DNA of 64,000 nt from Malacoraja senta. Lineage: Eukaryota. Made by a program: the position numbers and the translations under genes. Below, piece after piece: positions 24,233 through 35,925 of this stretch. The notes below the pieces were generated by a model, which saw only the letters and a program-made list of their open reading frames with translations, did no database searches and was not told the origin of the DNA. The stretch covers positions 9,178,001 through 9,242,000 of the forward strand of contig CM075988.1 of assembly GCA_038087875.1 (NCBI GenBank). Reading direction: 5' to 3'. Numbering within the stretch: the stretch's first letter is position 1; each line of letters starts with the position of its first letter.

Positions 24233-24357
24233 TTGCTCTTTTCACCGTCCTCTTTCTGCTTCATGTCTTTGACCTCCTCCAAGTCCCTTACTGGTAATCC
24301 AGAGTCCCTGTGAACTGACCATGGAGAGTAGCTGCACTACTGCTGCTCAGAGCAGCA

Positions 24358-24810
24358 TGATGATACGATACGATACGATACGGTAGAACTTTATTTATCC
24401 CAGGAGGGAAATTGATCCGCCAATAGTCATAAAAAAACACAAAATACACGAAACATGAAATTAAAGTGATGAGTGGAAAGGCTTGGCGGATGTGCAAAGA
24501 TTGAGGAGTGGGGGGGGGGAGGGGAGGGGTGTCGGTCTCATTCTCAATCTACCCCACGACAGTAGGGGGAGGAGTTTTACAGTTTGATAGTCATAGGGAA
24601 GAAGGATCTCCTGTGGTGTTCTGTGTTGCATCTTGGTGGAACCAGTCTGTTGCTAAAGGTACTCCTCAGGTTGACCAGCATGTCATGGAGGGGGTGTCCA
24701 AGATGCTCCGCAGTTTGAGGAGCATCCTCCCCTCCAGGACCACCTCCCATGAATCCAACTCCTCCCCCAGGACGGAGCCAGCCTTCCTGATGTGTTTGTT
24801 GAGCACCAGC
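24358..24810 (-). mobile_element. Rex1/Babar LINE 3' fragment
   Basis: Minus frames give LNKHIRKAGSVLG...RMLLKLRSILD.P.HPLH...RRSFFP..IKL, typical of a Rex1 C-terminus; (GTATC)n tail. Confidence 0.8.
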
Positions 24811-25134
24811 AGCGATCTCCACAGACACGGCCGCATGTTAAAAAGAAACAGCAGCACACACTGGATCAATACAAGAGATAACAAGGTGGGAGAAGTCAAA
24901 GAACGACCAAATTTTAAATCATCATCGATCACTGAGGATGCAAAGGCCAGGGATGGAAAGACAAAAGGTGTAAAGACACTGAGTCCAAGTTTTGGGAAAG
25001 CAATTTTCTAACTAATAACATTGACATCAGCAAGCCGTGGTTTTAAAGCAGGTGGACAGAGCTGGGCAGTGGTGCCAGATGTGGGACATTGTTGTCGGAC
25101 AACTTAAACACTTCAGCATTAAAGTTTTTTTTCA

Positions 25135-25308
25135 GGAGAGAGTTAGATTTAGTTCTTGGGGCTAACGGATTCAAGGGATATGGGGAAAAAGCGGGAACGG
25201 GGTAGTGATTTTGGATGATCAGCCATGATCATATTGAATGGTGGTGCTGGCTCGAAGGGCCGAATGGCTTACTCCTGCACCTATTTTCTAAGTTTCTATG
25301 TTTCTATT
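25135..25308 (+). mobile_element. CR1 LINE 3' UTR
   Basis: GATGATCAGCCATGATCATATTGAATGG...GGGCCGAATGG...(TTTCTATG)n tail. Confidence 0.8.
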
Positions 25309-25756
25309 ATTGGATCTGTGGGAAATTATGCACACAAATAACTGGAGGATAGAGCTGATGTCTTAACCCAGTTTATAGTCTGCAATCTTTGGGCTCAAGA
25401 AAAAAGTTAGCTCAGCTCCTTCAGTGCCCTCGTCTCAGAAAGCATTACACACTGTGCAAACCCTTGAGCCCCAGTGGTTTTAGCTAGACTCCCTCCTCAC
25501 ATGTGCTTCCTCAGCACTTGATCCTTCAACGCTATGAATAATTCCTTGGATCAGTCATGACATTTCTCTTCATAAAATCAAAGTGTTCAACTTTGTCACA
25601 TGAAGGCATTTGTTTGTTGTAAAAAGCTCACAATCCCCAAGCTCTCATGAACATTTAAATTGCTGACCGCCAGAATTCTCCTGATTTCTCAACTCCCTCA
25701 GGTCTGGCGTTTCCACAAATGCCATTTTCTCACCTCACTGCTTGTTGATCACCATT

Positions 25757-26875
25757 TGGTTTAGTTTAGAAATACAACGCGGAAACAGGCCCTTCTGCCC
25801 ACCGAGTCTGCGCCGATCAGCGATCCCTTCACATTAACGCGATCCTACGCACACTAAGGACAATTTACAACGATACCAAGCCAATTAACCTACAATCCTG
25901 TATGTCTTGGAGTGTTTGAGGAAACTGGAGATACCGGAGAAAACCCACGCAGGTCATGGGAGAAAGTACAAATTGATTAGTAGGACTAGATGTTACAATC
26001 CCTAAGGTTCTTCACCACAACTGACACCCGGTATTCTTGGGGGTGACCACTAGGTGATTTTGCTACCAATCAGGCACATCTTCAGTTGTGTACCTCAACG
26101 TCACTGGGTATTTCGGCCTTTTATAACAAGACCCCCTCAGTCGAGGCAGGCCCACCGCAGGGTGATCAGACCTGGGTGTGTGTCTTATGGTTAGCCTCTA
26201 GATGGTCACGTGGCAGCCCAGACAGCATCTTTTCTCTTCAGCCACAGCCAGTGACTGCTCCATTCTGCTTTTTTCCTTCCATCTTCCTCTCTACCGCTGG
26301 CTATGGCTGGTTGGGCTCAGGACCCGTGTCCGTTGGTGGGACAGTACTTGGTTGAGCTTCGCCTGGGGTGCTGATACCCTGTGGTCTGTGGTGGTTAACC
26401 TGCCACTGGGCTTCACTCGACGGATTTGGCCTACCTCTTAGAAGGTAATGGTCAATGCGAGGCCCCTCACCAAGCTCCCTCAGGCACTTTTCCCTGCCCT
26501 GGTGGATCTTGAGACCCTTCTCTGATGTTATCTTTTCCCAGCCACAGATGCAGCTTCGTAGCTCATGTCCTGCCGGTGCTGCTGCTCTGTCAATTGCTGT
26601 GCTAGTTGTAATATTCATAGTCGATTCCTTCCGTAGCAATATAAGGGTTGATCCAAAACACCGATTAGTGATGGATCCTGCTGGCATGAGGAGCTAGCCC
26701 ATGCCAGCCCCGGTGGGGTCTATTCCCTCTGGTCAGCAGTCTCTCCAGGCTGTCACTAGGTCTTTCCCTGGTTGTCAGCTGCCCTTTTGCATTCATTCAG
26801 GCAGCACCTGTAGTCAGGATCGAACCCGGGTCTCTGGCGCTGTGAGGCACCAACTCTACCGCTGCGCCACTGTGC
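25757..26875 (-). mobile_element. SINE split by the HERO-like insertion (parts 25757-25973 and about 26799-26875)
   Basis: The two halves rejoin into a family consensus SINE with a few bases missing. Confidence 0.8.
25974..26798 (-). mobile_element. Internally deleted HERO-clade (R2-group, RLE) non-LTR retrotransposon
   Basis: ORF 26301-26687 contains CICG-x8-GLKIHQGREKC, the N-terminal zinc finger seen in HERO elements; followed within about 200 bp by a HERO-like 3' UTR (GTCTGATCACCC...CCGAAATACCC...CTGAAGATGTG); no RT present. Confidence 0.65.
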
Positions 26876-26937
26876 CAGGTGAGATCTCACATTGTTTAAA
26901 TTCCAATTGCTGCATCCTCCAGTCAGCAGTCAGTAAA

Positions 26938-27240
26938 ACGGCGGTACAGTGGTGCAGCGGTACAGTTGCTGCCTCACAGCGGCAGGGACCAGGGTTCGAT
27001 CCTGACTATGGCTGCTGTCGGCATAAAGTTTGTGACCGTGTGGGTTTTCTCAGGGTGCTCCGGTTTCTTCCCACTCTCCAAAGGCGTACAGGTTTTAGGT
27101 TAATTGGCTTTGGTAAAATTGTAAATTGTCCCAAGTGTGTATGATAGTGCTGGTGTACGGGGCGATCGCTGGTCAGCACGGCCTTGGTGGACCGAATGGC
27201 CTGTTTCCGTGCCATATCCCTAAAGTAAAGCCTAAAGTAA
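26938..27240 (+). mobile_element. tRNA-derived SINE
   Basis: B box GGGTTCGATCCT, family body, (TAAAG)n-like tail. Confidence 0.85.
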
Positions 27241-27454
27241 CGTCTCTTTGGCTGCCATCTGACTCTTAAATAACCAACATCCCTTCAGCTCCCTCACCCT
27301 CCCGCAAAGAATCTGATACATGGTATAGTTACCATATCAGCTAGACGCAGACTGCTTTAACATCTTTCATAAGGCTATCAGTTACATGATTTCTCCAGGA
27401 TGTCTGGATATTCGACTGAATTTACTTTTGCATTTACTCTCACAAAGAGTAGGG

Positions 27455-28751
27455 ATTAGAGTAGGGCTGTGAGTCTGTGGAATTCTCTGCCTCAGAGGGT
27501 GGTGGAGGCTGGCTCTCTGGATGCTTTCAAGAGCAGCTAGACAAGGCTCTTAAAGATAGCAGAGTCAAGGGATATGGGGAGAAGGCAGGAACGGGGTACT
27601 GATTGTGGATAATCAGCCATGATCACGTTTAATGGCAGTGCTGGCTCAAAGGGCTGAATGGCCTACTCCTGCACCTATTGTCTATTGTCTATAGTCTATT
27701 AACGGGTCCCTTTCAGAATGGCAGGCAGTGACTAGTGGGGTAAGGCAAGGCTCGGTGCTGGGACGGCAATGATTTACAATATACAATAATGATTTAGATG
27801 AAGGGATTAAAAGGTAACATTAGCAAATTTGCAGATGACACAAACCTGGGTGGCAGTGTGAAATGTGAGGTGGATGCTATGAGGATGCAGGGTGACATGG
27901 ATTGGTTGGGTGAGTGGGCAGATGCATGGCAGATGCAGTTTAATGTGAATTTAAAAAAAGTGAGGGTTTCCACTTTGATGACAAGAACAGGAAGGCAGAT
28001 TATTATCTGAATGGTGACAAGTTAGGAAAAGGGGAAGTACAATGGGATCTGGGTGTCCTTGTTCATCAGTTACTGGAAGTAAGCATGCAGATACAGCAGG
28101 CAGTGAAGAAAGCTGATGGCATGTTGGCCTTCATAACAAGAGGAGTTGAGTATAGGAGCAAAGAGGTCCTTCTGCAGTTGTACGGGGCCCTAGTGAGACC
28201 ACACCTGGAGTATTGTGTGCAGTTTTGGTCTCCAAATTTGAGGAAGGACATTCTTGCTATTGAGGGAGTGCAACGTAGTTCACGAGGTTAATTCCTGGGA
28301 TGGCAGGACTGACATATGTTGAAAGAATGGAGCGGCTGGGCTTGTACACACTGGAATTTAGAAGGATTAGAGGGGATATTATTGAAACATAAGATTATTA
28401 AGGGATTGGACACGCTAGAGGCAGGAAACATGTTCCCGATGTTGGGGGAGTCCAGAACCAGGGGCCACAGTTTATGAATAAGGGGTAGGCCATGTAGAAC
28501 GGAGATGAGGAAAAACTTTTACACCCAGAGAGTTGTGAATCTGTGGAATTCTCTGCCTTAGAAGGCAGTGGAGGCCAATTTTCTGGATGCTTTCAAGAGA
28601 GAGTTAGATAGAGCTCTTAAAGATAGTGGAGTCATGGGATATGGGCATGAACGGGGTACTGATTGTGGTTGATTAACTATGATCACAGTGAATGGCGATG
28701 CTGGCTCGAAGGGCCAAAAGGTCTACTCCTGCACCCATTGTCTATTGTCTA
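27455..28751 (+). mobile_element. CR1 LINE: isolated 3' end (about 27455-27700) directly followed by a 5'-truncated RT fragment (about 27701-28751)
   Basis: SKFADDT RT motif, WQMQFN, LLQLYGALVRPHLEYCVQFWSP; both parts end in (CTATTGT)n. Confidence 0.9.
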
Positions 28752-29333
28752 AAAGGAATATTTTATTTTGTTATTAATTCCCATTGATATAGTCTTGAGT
28801 TTTTATATCTGTCCCTCCAGTGTACAAAAGATAGCGAATTATGTAACCTTTTCAAATATTCAGTCTTCTGTTAACACAGTGTTGTTTATAGTCATTCTGC
28901 AGTGCTTGATGCTGCGCAGTAATATTTCGGCAGAGGCAGTTTGCAACAGAAGTTTTATGACAAGGTTAGTCATTTGCTTTTTTTTTGTTCTCCAAAATAA
29001 TTTCTTGTTTCGCCTTCAGTTCATTCTGAATTATTTTCTCTGACAACATCAATCCTCGAAACTTGTCAGAGGGGAATTGAGGCTCAAGATTCTCATTAGG
29101 TTCACCCTTTGCTCCTCAAACCCATCATCCTTCAGCATTGCAGCAAAATAAACAATCAACTTCATGGGATTTAATTAAGATTTTCAAACATCTAAAATTC
29201 TTTGTCTCTGCTGCATTATAAAATGCTGGAATCCTGGAGTCACGCAGCACAGGGAGAAACCCTTCAGCCCATCGAGTCAGCGACAACTATCAAGGTCCCA
29301 TTTACACTAAGCCTATATTATTCTTCTTACTTA

Positions 29334-29646
29334 GGGCTGCATGGTGGCACAGTGGTAGAGTAGCTACCTCACAGCGCCAGTGACACGGGTTCGATCCTGA
29401 CTACGGGTGCTGTCCATACGGAGTTTGTACGTTCTCCCCGTGACCTGCGTGGGTTTTCTCCGGGTGCTCCGGTTCCCTCCCACACTCCAAAGACGTACAG
29501 GTTTGTAGGTTGATTGGCTTCAGTAAGAATTGTAAATTGTCCCGAGTGTGTGTAGGATAATGCGAGTGTACGGGGTGATTGCTGGTCGGCGCGGATTCAG
29601 TGGGCCGAAGGGTTTGTTTCCGCGCTGTGTCTCTAAACTGAACTAA
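29334..29646 (+). mobile_element. Full-length tRNA-derived SINE
   Basis: Family structure including GGGTGCTCCGGTTCCCTCCC central domain. Confidence 0.9.
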
Positions 29647-31648
29647 TCCTTCTCAGCTCCTCCACCCTCCCTAACTATTTTATTCTTCTCACATCCTCTC
29701 AGCTCCACCACCCTCTACACCCTGATCTACCTGCATATTCGAGGGCAATTTGCAATGGTCAATGAATCGACCTCAACACCAGAGGTCAGAATTGCTTTCA
29801 GGTCTCTGAAGATGAGAGGCAGCAGCTCTGCTGGAGGCATCACTGTGCTGCCCAGCTTCCATGGTTCAAGGCAAATGTATTTCTTCCTTTTACCAGCTAC
29901 TCTGCTCATTGATCTACTTAGTTATGGAATAGAGAGCACTGCGGAGGCAATGAATAGTCATCCCTAAATGCCAACATTCCTTCGTCAGATAGAACCATTT
30001 CCAAACTGGACTGATAGTGGTAGTAGCTTTCCTCTGTTATTAAGTTTAGTTTATTATTGTCATGTGTATCGACTCCAGTGAAAAGCTTTTGCTGCGTGCT
30101 ATCCAGTCAAAGAAAAGACTGTACATTAATATAATCCAGCCATTCACTGTGCACAGATTAAGGATAAAGGGTACAATATTTAGTGTAAGATAAAGTCCGA
30201 TTAAAGATATTTCAAGCATCTCCAATGAGGTAGATGGGAAGTCAGGACCGCACTCTAGCTGTTCAGTTGTCTGATAGCAGTTGGGAAGAAATTGTCCCTG
30301 AATCTGGAGATATGCATTTTCAAACCTGATGGGAGAAGGAGGAAGCGGGATTGGCCGGGGTGAGACTGGTCCTTGATTATGCTGGTGGACTTGCCGAGGC
30401 AGCATGAAGTGTTGATGGTGTCAATGGAAGGACGGTTGGTTTGTGTGATGGTCTGGGCTACATCCATAACTCTGCAATTTCTCACAGTCTAGGATGGAGC
30501 TGTTCCCAAACCAAGCTGTGATGCATCATGGTAAACTGCTTTCTATGGCGCATCTGCAGCAGTTGGCAAGGGTTGTTGGGGACATGCCAAACTTCCTAAG
30601 CCTTCTAAGGAAGTAGATGCATCAGTGTGCTTCCTTGGCCATAGCTCCTACTGTGGCTGGTCCAGGACAAATTGCTGGTAATATTTATTCCTGGGAACTT
30701 GAAGCTTTTGACCATCTCTACTTTGGCACCATCAATGCATACCAGGGTACCCAAAAATGCTGGAGAAACTCAGCGGGTGCAGCAGCATCTATGCAGCGAA
30801 GGAAATAGGCAACGTTTCGGGCGTAACCCTTCTTCAGACTGATAAGGGGTGGGGAGAAGAAAGGAAAAAAGGAAAAAAGGCGGAGGAGGAGCCCGAGGGC
30901 TGGGGGATGGGAGGAGACAATCAGAGGGCTGATGAAGGGGAGGGGACAGCAAGGGCTAGCAGAGTTGGGAGAATTCAATGTTCATGCCCCCAGGATTTAG
31001 ACTGTCCAAGCGGAATATGAGGTGCATTTCCTCCAATTTCCGGTGTTGCTCGCTGTGGCCATGGAGGAGACCCAGGACAGAGAGGTCAGATACGGAATGG
31101 GAGGGGGAGTTGAAGTGCTGAGCCACCGGGACGTCAGGTAGGTTATTGCGGACCGACCGGAGGTGTTCGGCGAAACGATCGTCAAGCCTCCGCTTGCTCA
31201 CCGATGTAGATCAGCTGACATCTAGAGCAGCGGATGCAATAGATGAGGTTGGAAGAGATGCAGGTGAACCTCTGTCGCACCTGGAACGACTGCTTGGGTC
31301 CTTGAATGGAATCGAGGGGGGAGGTACATCGATGACTGTTTTCGTGCCACCTCCTGCACCCACACACAACTGACTGACTTCATCAGCTTCACCACCAACT
31401 TCCATCCGGCACTCAAATACACCTGGACCATTTCCGACACTTCCCTACCATTCCGTGACCTCACTATCTCCATCGCAGGTGATAGACTTCATACCGACAT
31501 CCACTACAAACCTACCGACTCCCATGGTTATCAGGACTACACTTCTTCCCACCCTGCTTCCTGTAAGGACTCCATCCCCCACTCTCAATTCCTCCGTCTA
31601 CGCCGCATCTGCTCCCAGGATGAGGCTTTCCACACCAGGGCATCCAAA

Positions 31649-32371
31649 ATGTCCTCATTCTTCAGGGAACGGGGGTTCCCCTCCTCCACCATAGATGAGG
31701 CTCGCACCAGGGTCTCTGCCATACCCCGCAACACTGCTCTCTCTCCCCATCCCCCCACTCACAACAAGGGCAGAGTCCCCCTGGTCCTCACCTTTCAGCC
31801 CACCAGCCGTCACATACAACAAGTGATCCACCGTCAGTTTCGCCACCTCCAACGTGACCCCACCACTCGCCACATCTTCCCATCTCCCCCCATGTCTGCC
31901 TTCCGCAAAGACCGCTCCCTCCGTAACTCCCTTGTCAATTCTTCCCTTCCTTCCCGTACCACCCTCTCCCCGGGTACTTTCCCTTGCAACCGCAAGAGAT
32001 GCAACACTTGCCCCTTCACCTCCCCCCTCGATTCCATTCAAGGACCCAAGCAGTCGTTCCAGGTGCGACAGAGGTTCACCTGCATCTCCTTCAACCTCAT
32101 CTATTGCATCCGCTGCTCTAGATGTCAGCTGATCTACATCGGTGAGACCAAGCGGAGGCTTGACGATCGTTTCGCCGAACACCTCCGGTCGGTCCGCAAT
32201 AACCTACCTGACCTCCCGGTGGCTCAGCACTTCAACTCCCCCTCCCATTCCGTATCTGACCTCTCTGTCCTGGGTCTCCTCCATGGCCACAGCGAGCAAC
32301 ACCGGAAATTGGAGGAAATGCACCTCATATTCCGCTTGGGCAGTCTACATCCTGGGGGCATGAACATTTAA
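31649..32371 (+). CDS. PLE ORF C-terminal part: RT thumb/linker, Cys-rich linker and GIY-YIG endonuclease
   Basis: PLVLTF, CNRKRCNTC, NLIYCIRCSRCQLIYIGETKRRL..RF.EH, VAQHFN, EE.HLIFRLG...P.GMN; the upstream RT part is frameshifted. Confidence 0.88.
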   Translation: MSSFFRERGFPSSTIDEARTRVSAIPRNTALSPHPPTHNKGRVPLVLTFQPTSRHIQQVIHRQFRHLQRDPTTRHIFPSPPMSAFRKDRSLRNSLVNSSLPSRTTLSPGTFPCNRKRCNTCPFTSPLDSIQGPKQSFQVRQRFTCISFNLIYCIRCSRCQLIYIGETKRRLDDRFAEHLRSVRNNLPDLPVAQHFNSPSHSVSDLSVLGLLHGHSEQHRKLEEMHLIFRLGSLHPGGMNI

Positions 32372-32505
32372 TTCTCCCAACTCTGCTAGCCCTTGCTGTC
32401 CCCTCCCATTCATCAGCCCTCTGGTTGTCTCCTCCCATCCCCCAGCCCTCGGGCTCCCCCTCCGCCTTTTTTTCCATTTTTCCTTTCTTCTCCCCACCCC
32501 CTATC

Positions 32506-32540
32506 AGTCTGAAGAAGGGTTTCGGCCCGAAACGTTGCCT
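32506..32540 (+). ncRNA. Minimal type I hammerhead ribozyme motif in the PLE pLTR
   Basis: CUGAAGA-A-GGGUU(UC)GGCCC-GAAA-CGUU: core boxes, stem II and palindromic AACGUU in place of stem III; stem I is weak. Confidence 0.6.
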
Positions 32541-34189
32541 ATTTCCTTCGCTCCATAGATGCTGCTGCACCCGCTGAGTTTCTCCAGCATTTTTGTGTAC
32601 CTTCGATTTTCCAGCATCTGCAGTTCCTTCTTTAACACAATGCATACCAGGGTGTGTGTATTGCTTTGCTTTCTGAAGTCCATCACATACTCCTTTGTCT
32701 TGCTAACTTTGAGGGAGTGCTTGACATTGAGCCTGAGCTGCTATATTTGGAAAAACAATCTACTTAGTCTGTTTCCCAGCTTTTCCCTCACATTATTCTT
32801 CCTTCAAGTAACTACCTTACCAAAAGCTATGATTGAAATTCTTCTCTTCCCTCTTTTTGGCAGTGAACTCCAATTAGTTGCAAACTAACTTTTCCTTGTG
32901 TAATTGATTACTCAGTCTTGAAAGAAATGCTTATTTAAAGAAGTTTTGCTAAGTATACAATCAACAAATATAGGCACTTGAAGACTGAAAGACTTTAAGG
33001 CAGATGACATGTTTGGTGGTTCACAATGTTCAGCAGGTTGGCAGAGGGTTAAGCAAACACTGACTGGGGAAATCCAGGCTAAATACGCTGCTTGGATGTT
33101 TTGAAATCATTCCCTTGGGGAGGCAAGCGGAAATTATTAATATTTATATCTTATCCTATAATTATAACAACACACACAAAGATATCCCTCAACCTAAATG
33201 GATATTTCATGTTACAATGCCCATATTTGTATAGTCAGGCGCAACAGCAATTTAAAGAAGGGTCTCGAGCCACAACATCACCTATCCATGTTACTAGGGA
33301 TTCTTCCTGACCCGCTGAGTTACTCCAGCATTTTGTGTCTTTTCTATGACTCTAGTCATTAATACATTGAAGCATAAAGGTAGAGGCAGAGATGGACATA
33401 TAGAAAAGGAATGGAGTTCCCGACAACAATAATTGAATGCAGATTTCTTTGAGAAAATTAAAGAGAATCGGCACACATGTAGAAAAGTTAAATCTATAAA
33501 TAATTTGAATATACAAATCATGTTTGCTTGTGCAAAGCAGTGTAATGTATGGAAATGTATGACAGATATGATGAGCTGTATACACACATGCAAGAAAGCA
33601 GTGGTTAGAAAGTGGAATAAAGGAGTTGCAGATTGGTTAACAGCCACCATGTAGCTTCATGTTCCCTGATATTCTCTGCACCATTTTATAGTCTGAACCA
33701 TATTCATCATAATTAGTTGCCTCACCAGTGACACTACAACTGTAGCTAAATCCTTGTCTTCGTTCTATCTGTCATGTTTTGACTTCGTATTGCTGTTTTA
33801 ATGAATCATCTCTTAGTGTTTGCATTTCCTCTGCGGGTACGAATGAATGGTTTTGTTCGTATCTGGGTGGGAACTGTTGACAAATGTTCAATAATCACAT
33901 TTCCCCCTTGACCCAAAATACACTTATCCTCACACTTCCCCAAGGATCAAGGGAGGGAAGTCTTGTTTGCTTTTCTGTTCCCAACGTTTGTCTACTGAGG
34001 CTGTTGGGAGCAAGATTCCAGTGTGCATTGGTCATCTGATATTCTGAAAGACAAAGAGCAGAATTGTAAAGCAATCCAGACAACATCTGGGAAAGAAGAC
34101 ACAGCTAACATGTCAGACAATTTCTTCACAAACTGGCAAACACTATAGATGGCAAATCTTTAATACAAGGCAGGGTATGGAATGGGAGA

Positions 34190-34595
34190 TGGACACAAAA
34201 TGCTGGAGTAACTCAGCGGAACAGGCAGCATCTCTGGAGAGAAGGAATGGGTGACATTTCGTGTCGAGACCCTTCTTCAGACTGAACCTTTTTCAGCACC
34301 TGCAGTTCTTACCTACACAATGGAATGGGAGAGTTGAGTTACGCCAAAATATTATGTCTTTCCCAGAAAATACACTACCCTTTTTTATGAAAGTCCTGCT
34401 GGTTTAGTATCTGTCTCACCAGGGCACCATTCCTTCACACACTTGAAGCACACTGAGAATGGGAATGATACAATGGACGCTGCAGACTACTTTTCAGTCT
34501 GAGGAAGGGTCCCGACCTGAAACGTGACCCAGCCTTTTGCTCTAGAGATGCTGCCTGACCCACTGAGTTACTCCAGCACTTTGTGTCTATCCGCA
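34190..34595. mobile_element. Two PLE termini in opposite orientation (about 34190-34285 minus, 34495-34592 plus)
   Basis: pLTR motifs CTGAAGAAGGGTCTCGAC / CTGAGGAAGGGTCCCGACCTGAAACG. Confidence 0.8.
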
Positions 34596-34825
34596 AACTA
34601 CCCTGACTACCACTGACTACTCCAGAGATTGGAAGGCCCCGTCAAGATTTATGCATAACCTTTGACTCCACTTCTTGCACCCTTCTGATCTTTTTCTCCA
34701 CTTCACTTTGGTCTTCTGTATCATTACCATGGAGATGGTACATAGTGATTGAAATTTAACTTAACTGATCTGTCTCCCAGAAGGCAGAATGAAGTGGTGA
34801 CCGTGAGCGCTATGGACATCCACCA

Positions 34826-35117
34826 TCTGCCTTACAGCTCTTACAGCGCCAGAGACTCGGGTTCGATCCCGACTATGGGTGTTGGCGGTACAGAGTTTGT
34901 ACGTTCTCCCCGTGACTGCGTGGGTTTTCTTTGAGATCTTCAGTTTCCTCCCACACTCCAAAGATGTACAGGTTTGTAGGTTAATTCGCTTGGCATAAAT
35001 TAAAAATTGTCCCTAGTGTGTGTAGGATAATGTTAATGTGTGGGGATCGCTGGTTGGTGCAGTCTCGGTGAGCTGAAGACCTTGTTTCCACGCTGTGTAT
35101 CTCTAAACTAAACTAAA
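34826..35117 (+). mobile_element. tRNA-derived SINE, 5'-clipped
   Basis: B box GGGTTCGATCCC, family body, (CTAAA)n. Confidence 0.88.
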
Positions 35118-35130
35118 AATTATGAAGAAG

Positions 35131-35432
35131 GGTCTGAAGAAAGGTCTCGATCCGAAACGTCACCTATTCCTTTGCTCCATAAATGCTGCCTGACCCGCTG
35201 AGTTTCTCCAGCATTTTATTCCACCTCGATTTACCTTGGACTGAGGATCTGCTGTTTTTATGATTTCCTGATTTCCTAACAAACGATGAATCCTAACATA
35301 GACACAAAATGTTGGAATAACTCAGTGGGACAGGCAGCACCTTGCTCATCAGAGATGCTGCTTGTCCTGCTGAGTTACTTCAGCATTTTGTGTCTATCTT
35401 TGGTGTAACCCAGCATCTGCAGTTCCTTCCCA
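35131..35432. mobile_element. PLE terminus with hammerhead motif (35131-35230) and a fold-back pLTR pair (about 35299-35432)
   Basis: GGT-CTGAAGA-AAGGTCTCGATCC-GAAA-CGTC-ACC; arms GACACAAAATGTTGGAATAACTCAG / CTGAGTTACTTCAGCATTTTGTGTC. Confidence 0.8.
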
Positions 35433-35612
35433 CACAATAAATCCTAACAGTTCTTTAATAGACCCAATCTAGCTAAAATGTAATTTCTAGTATGCAGCTT
35501 TATACAAATTGGTAAAACACTATAGAATACTTACTAACACATTTTTTTTCCATTTGAACTTTGAACATGCCCTCATACATAAACAAGAGGTTAAATAATA
35601 CAGAATGTTCTC

Positions 35613-35925
35613 TAGTTTCAGTTTTAGTTTAGTTTTACAGATACAGTGTGGAAACAGGCCCTTCACCCCATCGTCCATGCCGACCATTGATCTACCGTTC
35701 ACCCTAGATCTCTGTGATACCACTTTCAAACCCACTCCCTACATATTAGGGGAAATTTGTAAAGGCCACTTAGCCTACAGACCTGCCTGTCTTTGGGATG
35801 TGTACGGAAACCAGAGCACAGGGAGAACGTGCCAATTCCTCACGGACAGCACCCAAGGTCAGGGTTGAACTTGTGTCTCTGGCACTGTGAGGCAGTAGCT
35901 CTACCAGCTATGCCACTGTGCCACC
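35613..35925 (-). mobile_element. tRNA-derived SINE (older subfamily)
   Basis: Family structure, diverged. Confidence 0.8.

Larger units (their letters stand above)
30749..32637 (+). mobile_element. Penelope-like retroelement, 5'-truncated, with an inverted copy of its 3' 580 bp at the 5' end
   Basis: RT motif YIDD at about 31326, GIY-YIG ORF, pLTR at 32505-32637; 30749-31325 is the reverse complement of about 32018-32600; TSD CAATGCATACCAGGGT (30733-30748, 32638-32653). Confidence 0.92.
30043..32715 (-). mobile_element. Rex1/Babar-type LINE 3' fragment (30043-30748 and 32638-32715) split by a PLE
   Basis: Joined translation SKTKEYVMDFRK...VCI/DGAKVEMVKSFKF...SIIKDQSHPG...SRFRDNFFPTAIRQLN. 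Confidence 0.8.

Noticed and set aside
26070..26130. Hammerhead in the HERO-like 3' UTR (GAAA...CUGAAGA on the minus strand)
   Set aside because: No UH cleavage site after the putative stem III and no stem I can be formed
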